This document shows positions 1 through 6,823 of a DNA stretch of 13,417 nt, one piece after another. The notes beneath the pieces are model-generated. The model was not told where the DNA came from. It saw only the letters and a list, made by a program, of their open reading frames with translations, and searched no databases. The stretch's first letter is position 1. Every line of letters begins with the position of its first letter. The translations under genes were made by a program, and so were the position numbers. This DNA is from a virus (taxonomy: Duplodnaviria > Heunggongvirae > Uroviricota > Caudoviricetes): positions 1-13,417 of the IMG/VR virus record IMGVR_UViG_2526164690_000043; one strand, 5' to 3'.

Positions 1-1230
1 ATGAGCAGAGCACTTAACAAACTGAGCGATACACAGCTGAGGAAAATCAACGGCACACCCGCCCAAAAAACAGCCTTTCTTAATGACGGTGGAAACCTGA
101 GCGTCAGGCATTCAACCAGCGGCCTTTTAACCTGGTATTTCACCTACAGGGCCGGAACGGGAAGGGGAGCACGACCGGAACGGATTAAGCTGGGAAATTA
201 TCCTGATCTGAGTCTGAAAGCTGCCAGGGAAAAAGCGGCACAGTGTCGCGCTTGGCTTGCTGAGGGGAAAAATCCACGTCATGAGATGAATTACACCGTA
301 CAGAAAGCGTTAAAGCCCGTAACGGTTGGCGATGCGCTTACCTACTGGCTTGAGTCTTACGTAAAGGAAAACCGCGTGGATTATGCCGCCCTGAAAAAGC
401 GCCTTAATAATCACGTAATACAGCACATTGGTGCTATGCCGCTGGATAAATGCGAGCTACGGCACTGGCTGGCCTGTTTTGACCAGGTGGCAAAGCGAAC
501 GCCTGTTACTGCCGGATTCTTGCTACAGACGTGCAAACAGGCGCTTAAGTTCTGCCGGAGGCGGCGCTATGCAATCAGCAACGTTCTTGATGATATGAGT
601 GTGGCGGACGTTGGGAAAAAACCGGATATAAGCGAGCGTGTCTTAAGCACCAAAGAACTTGGCGAATTATTGCAGGCACTGGACAAAAAAATATTTTCCC
701 CTTACTACGTCGCACTAATCCGCCTCCTGATTGTTTTTGGATGCCGGACGGTAGAACTGAGGTTATCGGAGATCAGCGAGTGGGATTTTACCGAAATGCT
801 CTGGACCGTGCCGAAAGAACACAGCAAAACGAAGGTGGCAATATTCCGGCCCATACCGGAAGCAATACTGCCGTTCGTCACGCAGCTGGTGGAGCAGAAC
901 AGGCACACGGGCTTATTGCTGGGGGAAGTGAAACAGGAAACAAGCGTGTCGCAGTACGGCAGATTAGCGCACAGGAGGCTAAAACACCCTCACTGGTCAC
1001 TGCATGACATCCGGCGCACCTTTACAACGATGCTGAACGATTTAGGCGTGGATCCTCACGTCGTGGAGCAGCTTACAGGTCATCAGATGCCAGGGATGCA
1101 ACGAGTCTATAACCATTCCCGTTATCTGGATGCGAAACGTGACGCGCTGGATATGTGGACGGAGCGGTTAGGGATACTGGCGGGAACACATGAAAACGTA
1201 ACCACATTGCCAATAGCCAGAGAAATATAA
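1..1230 (+). CDS. int: Tyrosine integrase, P4-like (N-terminal arm-binding DUF4102-type domain plus C-terminal catalytic domain)
   Basis: 409-aa ORF. The N-terminus (LSDTQLRK..DGGNLSVRHSTSGLLTWYFTYR..LGNYPDLSLKAAREKA) fits the P4-integrase arm-binding signature. Catalytic landmarks are GCRTVELRL (Arg), LHDIRRT (His-x-x-Arg) and VYNHSRY (Tyr). Confidence 0.95.
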   Translation: MSRALNKLSDTQLRKINGTPAQKTAFLNDGGNLSVRHSTSGLLTWYFTYRAGTGRGARPERIKLGNYPDLSLKAAREKAAQCRAWLAEGKNPRHEMNYTVQKALKPVTVGDALTYWLESYVKENRVDYAALKKRLNNHVIQHIGAMPLDKCELRHWLACFDQVAKRTPVTAGFLLQTCKQALKFCRRRRYAISNVLDDMSVADVGKKPDISERVLSTKELGELLQALDKKIFSPYYVALIRLLIVFGCRTVELRLSEISEWDFTEMLWTVPKEHSKTKVAIFRPIPEAILPFVTQLVEQNRHTGLLLGEVKQETSVSQYGRLAHRRLKHPHWSLHDIRRTFTTMLNDLGVDPHVVEQLTGHQMPGMQRVYNHSRYLDAKRDALDMWTERLGILAGTHENVTTLPIAREI

Positions 1231-1251
1231 TTTTTTTGCGATTTTTCAGGA

Positions 1252-1313
1252 TGCGGACAACGTGAAACAACGAGACACAACGACGAACAACAAGGAACAA
1301 AATGGAACAACGG
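1252..1313 (+). repeat. Array A: six tandem 10-bp units, each ending in (G)AACAAC (helically phased boxes)
   Basis: ACAAC at 1257-1261, 1267-1271, 1277-1281, 1287-1291 and 1307-1311, plus ACAAA at 1297-1301. The register is exactly 10 bp and the array begins about 20 bp after the int stop. Confidence 0.8.
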
Positions 1314-1512
1314 GTTAAAAATCAGCCATCGTAATAACCATTTGATTTTTATAGGTGTACTGTTTTTTTATACACTGGCGAATCACTCTTAAAAATATGT
1401 AAAAAAGGCGTAAAAGTAAAATTTTATGCCTTTGCATCATAATGAATTAAAAGAGTTTTTATTCTCATTCCCCCTGCTTCTGTAAAACGACCGCCGCCAG
1501 TGTTTGCCATTC

Positions 1513-1566
1513 CACAAACACCCTGACACAATCCGACACAACCCAACCCAATAATCCACCCAATGA
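1513..1566 (+). promoter_or_regulatory. CA-rich tract with 10-bp-spaced GACACAA(C) boxes just upstream of alpA (degenerate relative of array A)
   Basis: GACACAA at 1525-1531 and GACACAAC at 1535-1542, preceded by ACAAACA at 1514-1520 and followed by CCCAA repeats. It lies 30-80 bp upstream of the alpA start. Function unknown. Confidence 0.4.
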
Positions 1567-1594
1567 CTCTTTAAGAAACAACAAAGGGGGAATT

Positions 1595-1783
1595 GTGTTA
1601 AGCACAGATCGCTTTATACGTGAAAAAGAATGTCAGCAACTTACAGGCCTGAGCCGCTCATGTCGGTACCGCCTGGAAAAAGCCGGACAATTCCCATCAC
1701 GGCGTAAGCTGGGCGGTCGTTCCGTTGGCTGGTCTTTATCCGAAGTTCTGGCATGGAAGGACAGCTGCGAGGCAGTTCACTAA
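1595..1783 (+). CDS. alpA: AlpA-family (Vis/excisionase-like, HTH_17) phage regulatory protein
   Basis: 62-aa ORF with a GTG start preceded by AAAGGGGG. RFIREKECQQLTGLSRSCRYRLEKAGQFPSRRKLGGRSVGWSLSEVLAWK matches the AlpA pattern (TGLSrst.Y.l...G.FP.p.kLG.rsv.W...Ev..W). Confidence 0.9.
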   Translation: MLSTDRFIREKECQQLTGLSRSCRYRLEKAGQFPSRRKLGGRSVGWSLSEVLAWKDSCEAVH

Positions 1784-1835
1784 TCAGGCTGGCGGCACAC
1801 AGCCGCCACCCATCCACTAATACAGAGATCTAACC

Positions 1836-2738
1836 ATGAATACTGGATATTCTCCCGAACAAGGGCGGGGCTTCGTTCGTCCTGAAAAACAGAATCTGCA
1901 AAATTTTGCCGAAATTATTCCGGTTATTTCCGGCCTTACTGGCGGGAGTGAAACCAATATTGTTAACGCCAGAGCGTTGCAGATGTTTGATGATAAAAAG
2001 GGAGTAAATTTAACTTACACCCCTGACGGCAATCAGAATATGAGCATTATCTCTGAGTCAGGTTTCTACAAACTAATAAAAACAAAAAGCGCCCCGTTGC
2101 CGGAGCGCCTTTGTGAACAATTAACCTACTGCGCAAAAAATGAATCTGAGCAGTGGGATTATATCAACCATGTGGAGAAGCGCCACAATTGCCGAATAAC
2201 GGGCAAAACAAAGGCCACCCGCTACGGTGGCCCCTCGACACAAGCTACACGTTATCCCCAACGCATGAGCATTGCCAACAATGCCACATTTGCGGCTGGT
2301 GGGCAATGCAATCAGTCTGGTTCAGTTCGTTGCCATACCTGCAATGAGCGCTTTTCCCTGTACTCTTTAAGGAATTGCTCAAGGGCAAAAGCACATGGCG
2401 CGAATCTTTCTGATTCATGCTCTATCTTTCTGCGCCGTCTTTTCCGTGCCGGTGATAATGTTTTGGTCAATTCTTTATCGGTCATTGTGTTGTCCTGCAT
2501 AGCAATGCGCCGTAGTTACTCACACCACGGCGCTGGTGATGGTTACTCCTGCTCTTTGGCCTTGCGACGCTGGCGGCGTTTGATCTCACCTTTAACGGCA
2601 GTAACTATAAATTGCGCCTTGCTTTCACCTTCATCTAAATTTTTTCTAAGTCTGCAACAACATCATGCGGGAATCTGGCATTTAACTGTTGCGACTTATT
2701 ATTTGTTGAACCTGTTGCCATTACTGAATCCTCTCTAA
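1836..2738 (+). CDS. Hypothetical protein. Only the first ~100 codons look coding and the 3' ~600 nt of the ORF is probably an artefactual extension.
   Basis: The N-terminal part contains NMSIISESGFYKLIKTKSAP, reminiscent of the end of a Bro-N/antirepressor-type domain (weak). From ~2150 onward the translation is Cys/Ser/Arg/Leu-rich, as expected for an antisense frame. That part overlaps two better-supported minus-strand genes and their terminator. One extra A in the A6 run at 2135-2140 would give a stop (..CAKK*) at ~2144. Confidence 0.35.
   Translation: MNTGYSPEQGRGFVRPEKQNLQNFAEIIPVISGLTGGSETNIVNARALQMFDDKKGVNLTYTPDGNQNMSIISESGFYKLIKTKSAPLPERLCEQLTYCAKNESEQWDYINHVEKRHNCRITGKTKATRYGGPSTQATRYPQRMSIANNATFAAGGQCNQSGSVRCHTCNERFSLYSLRNCSRAKAHGANLSDSCSIFLRRLFRAGDNVLVNSLSVIVLSCIAMRRSYSHHGAGDGYSCSLALRRWRRLISPLTAVTINCALLSPSSKFFLSLQQHHAGIWHLTVATYYLLNLLPLLNPL
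2204..2232 (-). terminator. Rho-independent terminator of the minus-strand two-gene unit
   Basis: The minus strand reads GGCCACC-GTAGCG-GGTGGCC followed by TTTGTTTTG: a 7-bp GC-rich stem (2213-2219/2226-2232), a 6-nt loop and a T-tract. On the + strand no T-tract follows. Confidence 0.65.
2312..2485 (-). CDS. Small, highly basic hypothetical protein (57 aa from the second ATG)
   Basis: MTDKELTKTLSPARKRRRRKIEHESERF.. with AGGA 7 nt upstream of the ATG at 2485. It lies 57 nt downstream of the RHH gene on the same strand. The 3' end is uncertain, because a frame change near 2318 would extend it to a stop at 2245, just before the terminator. Confidence 0.45.
   Translation of the reverse strand: MTDKELTKTLSPARKRRRRKIEHESERFAPCAFALEQFLKEYREKRSLQVWQRTEPD
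2543..2721 (-). CDS. Ribbon-helix-helix (Arc/CopG/MetJ-like) DNA-binding protein, split by a 1-nt frameshift as given
   Basis: ATG at 2721 with AGAGGA 7 nt upstream. It reads MATGSTNNKSQQLNARFPHDVVADLEKI* (stop 2635-2637). The -1 frame continues LDEGESKAQFIVTAVKGEIKRRQRRKAKEQE* (stop 2543-2545). Joined, these give a typical ~59-aa RHH (beta strand QLNARFP, then two helices). The junction is the A6 run on the coding strand (T6 at 2640-2645). Confidence 0.65.
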
Positions 2739-2740
2739 GT

Positions 2741-2835
2741 TGGTGCGATTCAGTATACACAAAAAAAATTTCAGAGAAAGACTTGAAGTGCGATTCACTT
2801 ACTGATAGGTTAAAAACGAATGGTGCGATGCACCA
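2741..2835. promoter_or_regulatory. Divergent switch region: three operator-like copies of GTGCGAT(T/G)CA plus candidate divergent promoters
   Basis: TGGTGCGATTCAGTA at 2741-2755. AAGTGCGATTCACTT at 2786-2800 (AAGTG-N5-CACTT palindrome). TGGTGCGATGCACCA at 2821-2835 (TGGTGC-N3-GCACCA palindrome). Core starts are 45 and 35 bp apart. The candidate rightward promoter is TTGAAG (2783-2788), 17 bp, TAGGTT (2806-2811), overlapping copy 2. The candidate leftward -10 is TATACT (minus strand, 2752-2757), overlapping copy 1. Confidence 0.6.
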
Positions 2836-2911
2836 AACAACAACGCCCCGCAGTGGTGGCACACATGCAGGGCGTCTAACCACCAACGATAGCGAAAGTA
2901 TCGAGGTAGCT

Positions 2912-3112
2912 ATGAGAAATCATACCATACACCCGCAAGGGCGGGACTCGCACAACCTGAATAAATACATCTGGCGTTTTATCGCCCTGAGCACGGCACA
3001 ACCGCGCGTGATTACCATTGAGGCCACCAGCGAACAGGAAGCACGCCAGCAATCTCCGGCTGGCTGCGTGATGGTATTTGCTGCCCGTATTCGTCAGGGG
3101 GTAGGCTTATGA
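2912..3112 (+). CDS. Icd-like (host cell-division inhibitor-like) small protein, first gene of the rightward early operon
   Basis: 66 aa from the ATG at 2912 (GAGGT upstream). KYIWRFIALSTAQPRVITIEATSEQEARQQSPAGCVMVFAARIRQGV resembles the Icd-like family of P4-like islands (W.F.A....P.V....A.SE.EAR.......F.AAR). The track ORF starts at TTG 2783, which lies inside the operators. Confidence 0.6.
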   Translation: MRNHTIHPQGRDSHNLNKYIWRFIALSTAQPRVITIEATSEQEARQQSPAGCVMVFAARIRQGVGL

Positions 3113-3339
3113 GCCAGGAAATCACACTACAACAGGCAGCAGAACGCGCCCACCAAATCGAAGTTATTTGCGCACTGGCAGAGGATTACCCTGGCATGAT
3201 GACCGACAGCGAATCAGGGGCAATCATCGGCTTACTTAAACGCCTTAGCGGTGAGGTCTGCGTATTCCTGAGCGATGAACAGGAAAGAAGAACGCTTATT
3301 TCTAACGAAAAAAAATGCGGAGGGGTACATGTGCAATAA
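3109..3339 (+). CDS. Hypothetical protein (76 aa)
   Basis: ATGA start/stop overlap with the upstream gene and an acidic, helical composition. No family recognised. Confidence 0.55.
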   Translation: MSQEITLQQAAERAHQIEVICALAEDYPGMMTDSESGAIIGLLKRLSGEVCVFLSDEQERRTLISNEKKCGGVHVQ

Positions 3340-3553
3340 AACCACACCGGACGCAGCCGCCGCCGCGCTCACTACGCTGATGCACGCGCTTATTGATATT
3401 TCTGTTATTGCTGACAGGGCGCATAAACACGCAGCCAGAGAATCAGAATGCATCTTCCATTATTTAACATTTGTGCAGCTAAAAGCCGATCAGGCACTGG
3501 ATAAGGCCGGAAAAATTATCATGGCTGATGTGCAGGAGGTGCACCATGCATAA
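3329..3553 (+). CDS. Hypothetical protein (74 aa)
   Basis: ATG at 3329 preceded by GGAGGGG, so the internal start is preferred over the track start at 3275. No family recognised. Confidence 0.5.
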   Translation: MCNKTTPDAAAAALTTLMHALIDISVIADRAHKHAARESECIFHYLTFVQLKADQALDKAGKIIMADVQEVHHA

Positions 3554-3911
3554 CCTGTCAATTTCTGACCTTAACAGCATTCAGTTTGACGAGAAATTTA
3601 CCGGGCAGTTGCTGGTCAATGTGGAGAACGGGCGCATAGTGCGTAATTATCACCTGCCGGATGGTGCAATTGCCGGAAGCGTTGAAGCATTGCTGGAACT
3701 GGCGGAACGTGCGCGACTGATTAAGCCGTCAACGAGCCATCACGATGATGATCTGCATTTTACCGGATGTATGGTGAGTCACTACGAAAACGGCGTCGAG
3801 GTATCCTGCGAACGGCTGCGTGATGATTGCTGTTTCGGCACACTGCCGGAATTTATCGAGTTGCTGACCAGTTGCGGTTATCAGGTCATTCAGGGGGGTA
3901 AACATGCGTGA
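3546..3911 (+). CDS. Hypothetical protein (121 aa)
   Basis: ATG at 3546 preceded by AGGAGG, overlapping the upstream stop. No family recognised. Confidence 0.6.
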   Translation: MHNLSISDLNSIQFDEKFTGQLLVNVENGRIVRNYHLPDGAIAGSVEALLELAERARLIKPSTSHHDDDLHFTGCMVSHYENGVEVSCERLRDDCCFGTLPEFIELLTSCGYQVIQGGKHA

Positions 3912-4125
3912 TGATCGTTTTAATTCCCTGAAACAGGAATTTTCCGGCGTTCCTGATGATGCGGCTGATGCGCTTTCGTCAATATCTGAAATTATGCGGG
4001 TGGCTTTTTTCTTTCTTTGCACTGATGAGCACAGAGATACAGGGCTAAATATTCTTGATATTGCCGCTAACTATGCTGATTTCGTGACAGAAGCTGTTTT
4101 AAGAAAAACAACGGACGGGGATTAA
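3904..4125 (+). CDS. Hypothetical protein (73 aa)
   Basis: ATG at 3904 preceded by GGGGGT, with an 8-nt overlap of the upstream gene. No family recognised. Confidence 0.55.
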   Translation: MRDDRFNSLKQEFSGVPDDAADALSSISEIMRVAFFFLCTDEHRDTGLNILDIAANYADFVTEAVLRKTTDGD

Positions 4126-4126
4126 T

Positions 4127-4360
4127 ATGCGTGATATTTACCACGAAACAATAGACCGCGCATTTAGTGCCCTTGCTTACGCTGAAGGTATGTACGAAAT
4201 ATTGCGCATATGGCTTGAAACACTTGGCGACAATGAACGCGACAAACAAAAATCAAGAATTGTCACGGCATTAATAACGCTTCTTGAGCCTGTAATAATG
4301 GAACTGCAAGAAATAGATCTATTGCACGACAGATATAAAGAACAGCACACCGGAGAATAA
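4127..4360 (+). CDS. Hypothetical protein (77 aa)
   Basis: ATG one nt after the upstream stop, preceded by GGGGA. Helical composition. No family recognised. Confidence 0.55.
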   Translation: MRDIYHETIDRAFSALAYAEGMYEILRIWLETLGDNERDKQKSRIVTALITLLEPVIMELQEIDLLHDRYKEQHTGE

Positions 4361-4365
4361 AAATA

Positions 4366-4665
4366 ATGAAACTTAAATATTCTGGCTTAACTGCCAGTGG
4401 CAACACTCACCCTAAATTTACGCGCGGCGATATTTACCGCGACCAGTACGGCGGCACGGTAATGATTAAGGGCGTGGCGGGACGGTGCGTAACCTACCGC
4501 CGTGAAGGTTACGAATATGATTGCGTGATGCCTGTTTATCAGTTCCGGCGTGATTTTTCTCTGGTACAGACCGCGCCGCATAACGTGCCCACCAGCAACG
4601 CCAGGGCACGGGCAAACATCCAGAAGCTGAAAACCATGATTAACGGATTCAGGGGCAAGAAATGA
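4366..4665 (+). CDS. Hypothetical protein, possibly DUF4222-like
   Basis: GDIYRDQYGGTVMIKGVAGRCVTYRREGYEYDCVMPVYQFRRDFSLV resembles the small beta-rich DUF4222 pattern seen in enterobacterial prophages. This rests on memory only. Confidence 0.45.
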   Translation: MKLKYSGLTASGNTHPKFTRGDIYRDQYGGTVMIKGVAGRCVTYRREGYEYDCVMPVYQFRRDFSLVQTAPHNVPTSNARARANIQKLKTMINGFRGKK

Positions 4666-6059
4666 AAAGCGCACCGAACTTAAAAAAACAGCCTTACGAC
4701 AAGATGACCGAAGTCATTATTTTTGCGGGTAGTGATGCCTGGGCACATGCGAAACAGTGGCAGGAACAGGACGGGCGACTGGCTGGCGATAATGTGCCTC
4801 CCGTTGTGCTGGCTGATGATCAACTGGATGAACTGGCAGACCTGAGAATCATCGACGAGGGGCGCTATTGTGTCCGGCTGTACAAGGCAGGCCACATCAG
4901 GCCATCAAATATTAATGCCATTGCGCACAAGCTGGCAGCGGCAGGTGTACAGGATGCGAATTACTACCCCGATGGGATGCACAGCCAGAAGCGGGAGAAC
5001 TGGCGCGAATATCTGGAACGGGAGCGCGGGGAAAAGCAGGAAGAAAAAGGCCACCAGCGCAAAACAAAGCTACCGATGAGCGTTGGTTCTGCCGGATATG
5101 ACACGCAACTGGATTACGTGGTTAAGGGGATTATTCCGGCGGTATCGCTTTGCAGCATATACGGGGCGAGCGGTTCCTATAAATCGTTCCTTGCGGGTTC
5201 GTGGGCGTGTCACGTTTCCACGGGCCGCCAGTGGGGAGGCCGCAGGGTGGCGCATGGCGCTGTTCTCTATGTGGTTGGTGAAGGCGGTATCGGCGTTCCG
5301 CGTCGTGTAAAAGCCTGGGAGGTTGTGCACGGTGAGCAGGTGAAAAATCTTTACCTTGTAAACCGTCCCATCTTTCCGGCTGCCCCGCTTGATGTTGATG
5401 AAATGGTTATCGCTGCCCGTCAGGTGGAGCGGGAAACGGGTAAACCTGTTCGAATGATTATTCTGGATACGCTGGCGCGCTGCTTTGGCGGCAATGATGA
5501 AAATGACTCCCGTGATATGGGGACGTTTATCCGTGGGTGTGACGAACTGAAACGACGCACAGGGGCCACGGTGCTGGTGGTTCACCATTCCGGCAAGGAT
5601 GAGACGAAAGGCGCGCGCGGTTCCAGTGCATTTCGTGCTTCGCTGGATGCTGAATACCGGATACGCAGGGAGGACGCAGGAAGCGAAGCGCTGGTTATCT
5701 CATGCACCAAAATGAAGGACGCGGAGGAACTCAAAGAAGCCGCATATGACTTACGCGTGGTGGAGCTTTTTACCGACGCTGACGGGGAGTTAATCACGTC
5801 GCTGGTGGTGGTGGATAAGCCGCGCCCTCCCGTTGAACTGGAGCGCATCGAGGAGGCAGGGAACAAGACGGAGAATCACGCCGCGCTATGGCAGTGCATC
5901 AGAACACGAACAGCACACGGGGAGGCGTGCACTATCGCCCTTCTCCGCGACGATATGAAAAAGCTGGGGTATGAGATGAAGCACTTCCGGCGCTGGCTGT
6001 ACAAGCTGGAAAATGATGGCGTAATCGTTATTGACGGTGATGACGTGCGCCCGCTGTAA
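4662..6059 (+). CDS. Replication initiator/helicase, RepA-like RecA-fold ATPase (AAA_25 type) with a C-terminal winged-helix-like tail
   Basis: 465 aa. Walker A is YGASGSYKS and Walker B is VRMIILDTLARC. VLVVHHSGKDETKGARGSSA is typical of RepA/DnaB-like AAA_25 proteins. ATGA-coupled to the upstream ORF, and the iteron array begins at its stop codon. Confidence 0.85.
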   Translation: MKSAPNLKKQPYDKMTEVIIFAGSDAWAHAKQWQEQDGRLAGDNVPPVVLADDQLDELADLRIIDEGRYCVRLYKAGHIRPSNINAIAHKLAAAGVQDANYYPDGMHSQKRENWREYLERERGEKQEEKGHQRKTKLPMSVGSAGYDTQLDYVVKGIIPAVSLCSIYGASGSYKSFLAGSWACHVSTGRQWGGRRVAHGAVLYVVGEGGIGVPRRVKAWEVVHGEQVKNLYLVNRPIFPAAPLDVDEMVIAARQVERETGKPVRMIILDTLARCFGGNDENDSRDMGTFIRGCDELKRRTGATVLVVHHSGKDETKGARGSSAFRASLDAEYRIRREDAGSEALVISCTKMKDAEELKEAAYDLRVVELFTDADGELITSLVVVDKPRPPVELERIEEAGNKTENHAALWQCIRTRTAHGEACTIALLRDDMKKLGYEMKHFRRWLYKLENDGVIVIDGDDVRPL

Positions 6060-6260
6060 AAAGTGGGGAGTAAAAGTGGGGAGAGTGGGGAATTTAACAA
6101 AATTGAAACATAATTACCCACTTTCCCACCTGTATATACCCAAAAAAGTGGGGAGTAAAAAATATATTGAAAAACATCACGTTAGAATCACAAAAAGAAG
6201 AGGTGGGGAGACGGTGGGTAATTTCAAAAAGTGGGGAGCAAAAGTGGGGAGTAGTGGGGA
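6059..6260. repeat. Iteron-type origin of replication (ori)
   Basis: Nine direct copies of RGTGGG(G/T)A start at 6062, 6075, 6084, 6147, 6202, 6213, 6230, 6243 and 6253. Two inverted copies lie at 6115-6122 and 6124-6130. A triple-iteron block (6059-6095) is repeated at 6227-6263. These flank AT-rich segments at 6092-6116 and 6155-6200. Confidence 0.8.
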
Positions 6261-6512
6261 ATGAACAGAAAAACCAGAGATAAGACAGCGCCAAAATATA
6301 AAGCGTTAGACATGACAGAGCTTTCCCTAAAGGTGGCAATCAGAACGATAGACCGACACGTAGGGGAAGGATACGCGAAGGAACATCCCGACCTGATAAG
6401 CGCATTCATGACCACAGCAGCGGCAAACTTTGCCACGCTGACAGAACGGGAGATTGCCGAAGCGGAACAGGTAACAACCATCAACGTTAAAACCGGAGAG
6501 GTGGAATCATGA
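6261..6512 (+). CDS. Hypothetical protein (83 aa; alternative start at 6312)
   Basis: The ATG follows the last iteron directly, and GGGGA could act as the SD. The gene is coupled (ATGA) to the next ORF. No family recognised. Confidence 0.5.
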   Translation: MNRKTRDKTAPKYKALDMTELSLKVAIRTIDRHVGEGYAKEHPDLISAFMTTAAANFATLTEREIAEAEQVTTINVKTGEVES

Positions 6513-6814
6513 GCGAACCAAAATTTGGTGAAAAACTTTACAAGCACAACGGACGGATCACGATTCAGCAAATAAGCGCAGCTACACCAGGCTGGTGGGT
6601 TGAAACAGACGAAGGATCATCACCCGTGGCATCATGGGCGCTTTGTGTGCTTAGTTACCCTGACCGCGATGTGTATCAGGATATTCTGCCTGTGATATCC
6701 ACTGACAAAGGCATGAAACCCGTAGACATCAAAAACATGGGTTTTCAGTGCGTAATGCTCACTGAAAAAATGATGGAAGAGATGAAAAAGAACAACGCCG
6801 GATCGCTTCACTGA
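6509..6814 (+). CDS. Hypothetical protein (101 aa)
   Basis: ATGA overlap with the upstream ORF and a plausible globular composition. No family recognised. Confidence 0.55.
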   Translation: MSEPKFGEKLYKHNGRITIQQISAATPGWWVETDEGSSPVASWALCVLSYPDRDVYQDILPVISTDKGMKPVDIKNMGFQCVMLTEKMMEEMKKNNAGSLH

Positions 6815-6823
6815 GGTGGCAAT

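Noticed and set aside
1404-1433. Inverted repeat AAAGGCGTAAAA/TTTTATGCCTTT downstream of int as the int terminator
   Set aside because: The stem is AT-rich with only a short GC core and no clear T-tract in the right place. It could equally be a protein-binding site, so it was left uncalled.
2783-2911. The upstream extension of the Icd-like ORF (TTG start at 2783, 109 aa)
   Set aside because: The extension begins inside operator copy 2 and the putative promoter, has a low-complexity Thr/Gly-rich translation and has no SD. ATG 2912 with GAGGT upstream gives the family-typical ~66-aa protein.
3904-4360. Adjacent ORFs 3904 and 4127 both starting ATGCGTGAT (MRD) as tandem paralogues
   Set aside because: The identity covers only the first 9 nt and the proteins show no further similarity by eye. 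This is too little to claim duplication.
5070-5588. 172-aa minus-strand ORF, and similar antisense ORFs (5582-5866, 6968-7360, 9483-9806, 10619-11002, 11959-12372)
   Set aside because: All lie entirely antisense to strongly supported genes (rep, ssb, protease, portal, HNH). Their compositions are Arg/Ser/Cys-rich and low in complexity, and they lack convincing ribosome-binding sites. They are shadow ORFs.
6059-6260. The repeat array as a possible CRISPR array
   Set aside because: The units are only ~8-13 bp, are irregularly spaced, include inverted copies and have no uniform spacers. No cas genes are present. The array fits iterons next to a rep gene.
6031-6339. ORFs 6031-6264 (+, 77 aa) and 6094-6339 (-, 81 aa) across the GTGGGGA repeats
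   Set aside because: Their sequences (repeated KWG/KVG and PHF motifs) are simply translations of the iterons. The region is better explained as the replication origin.
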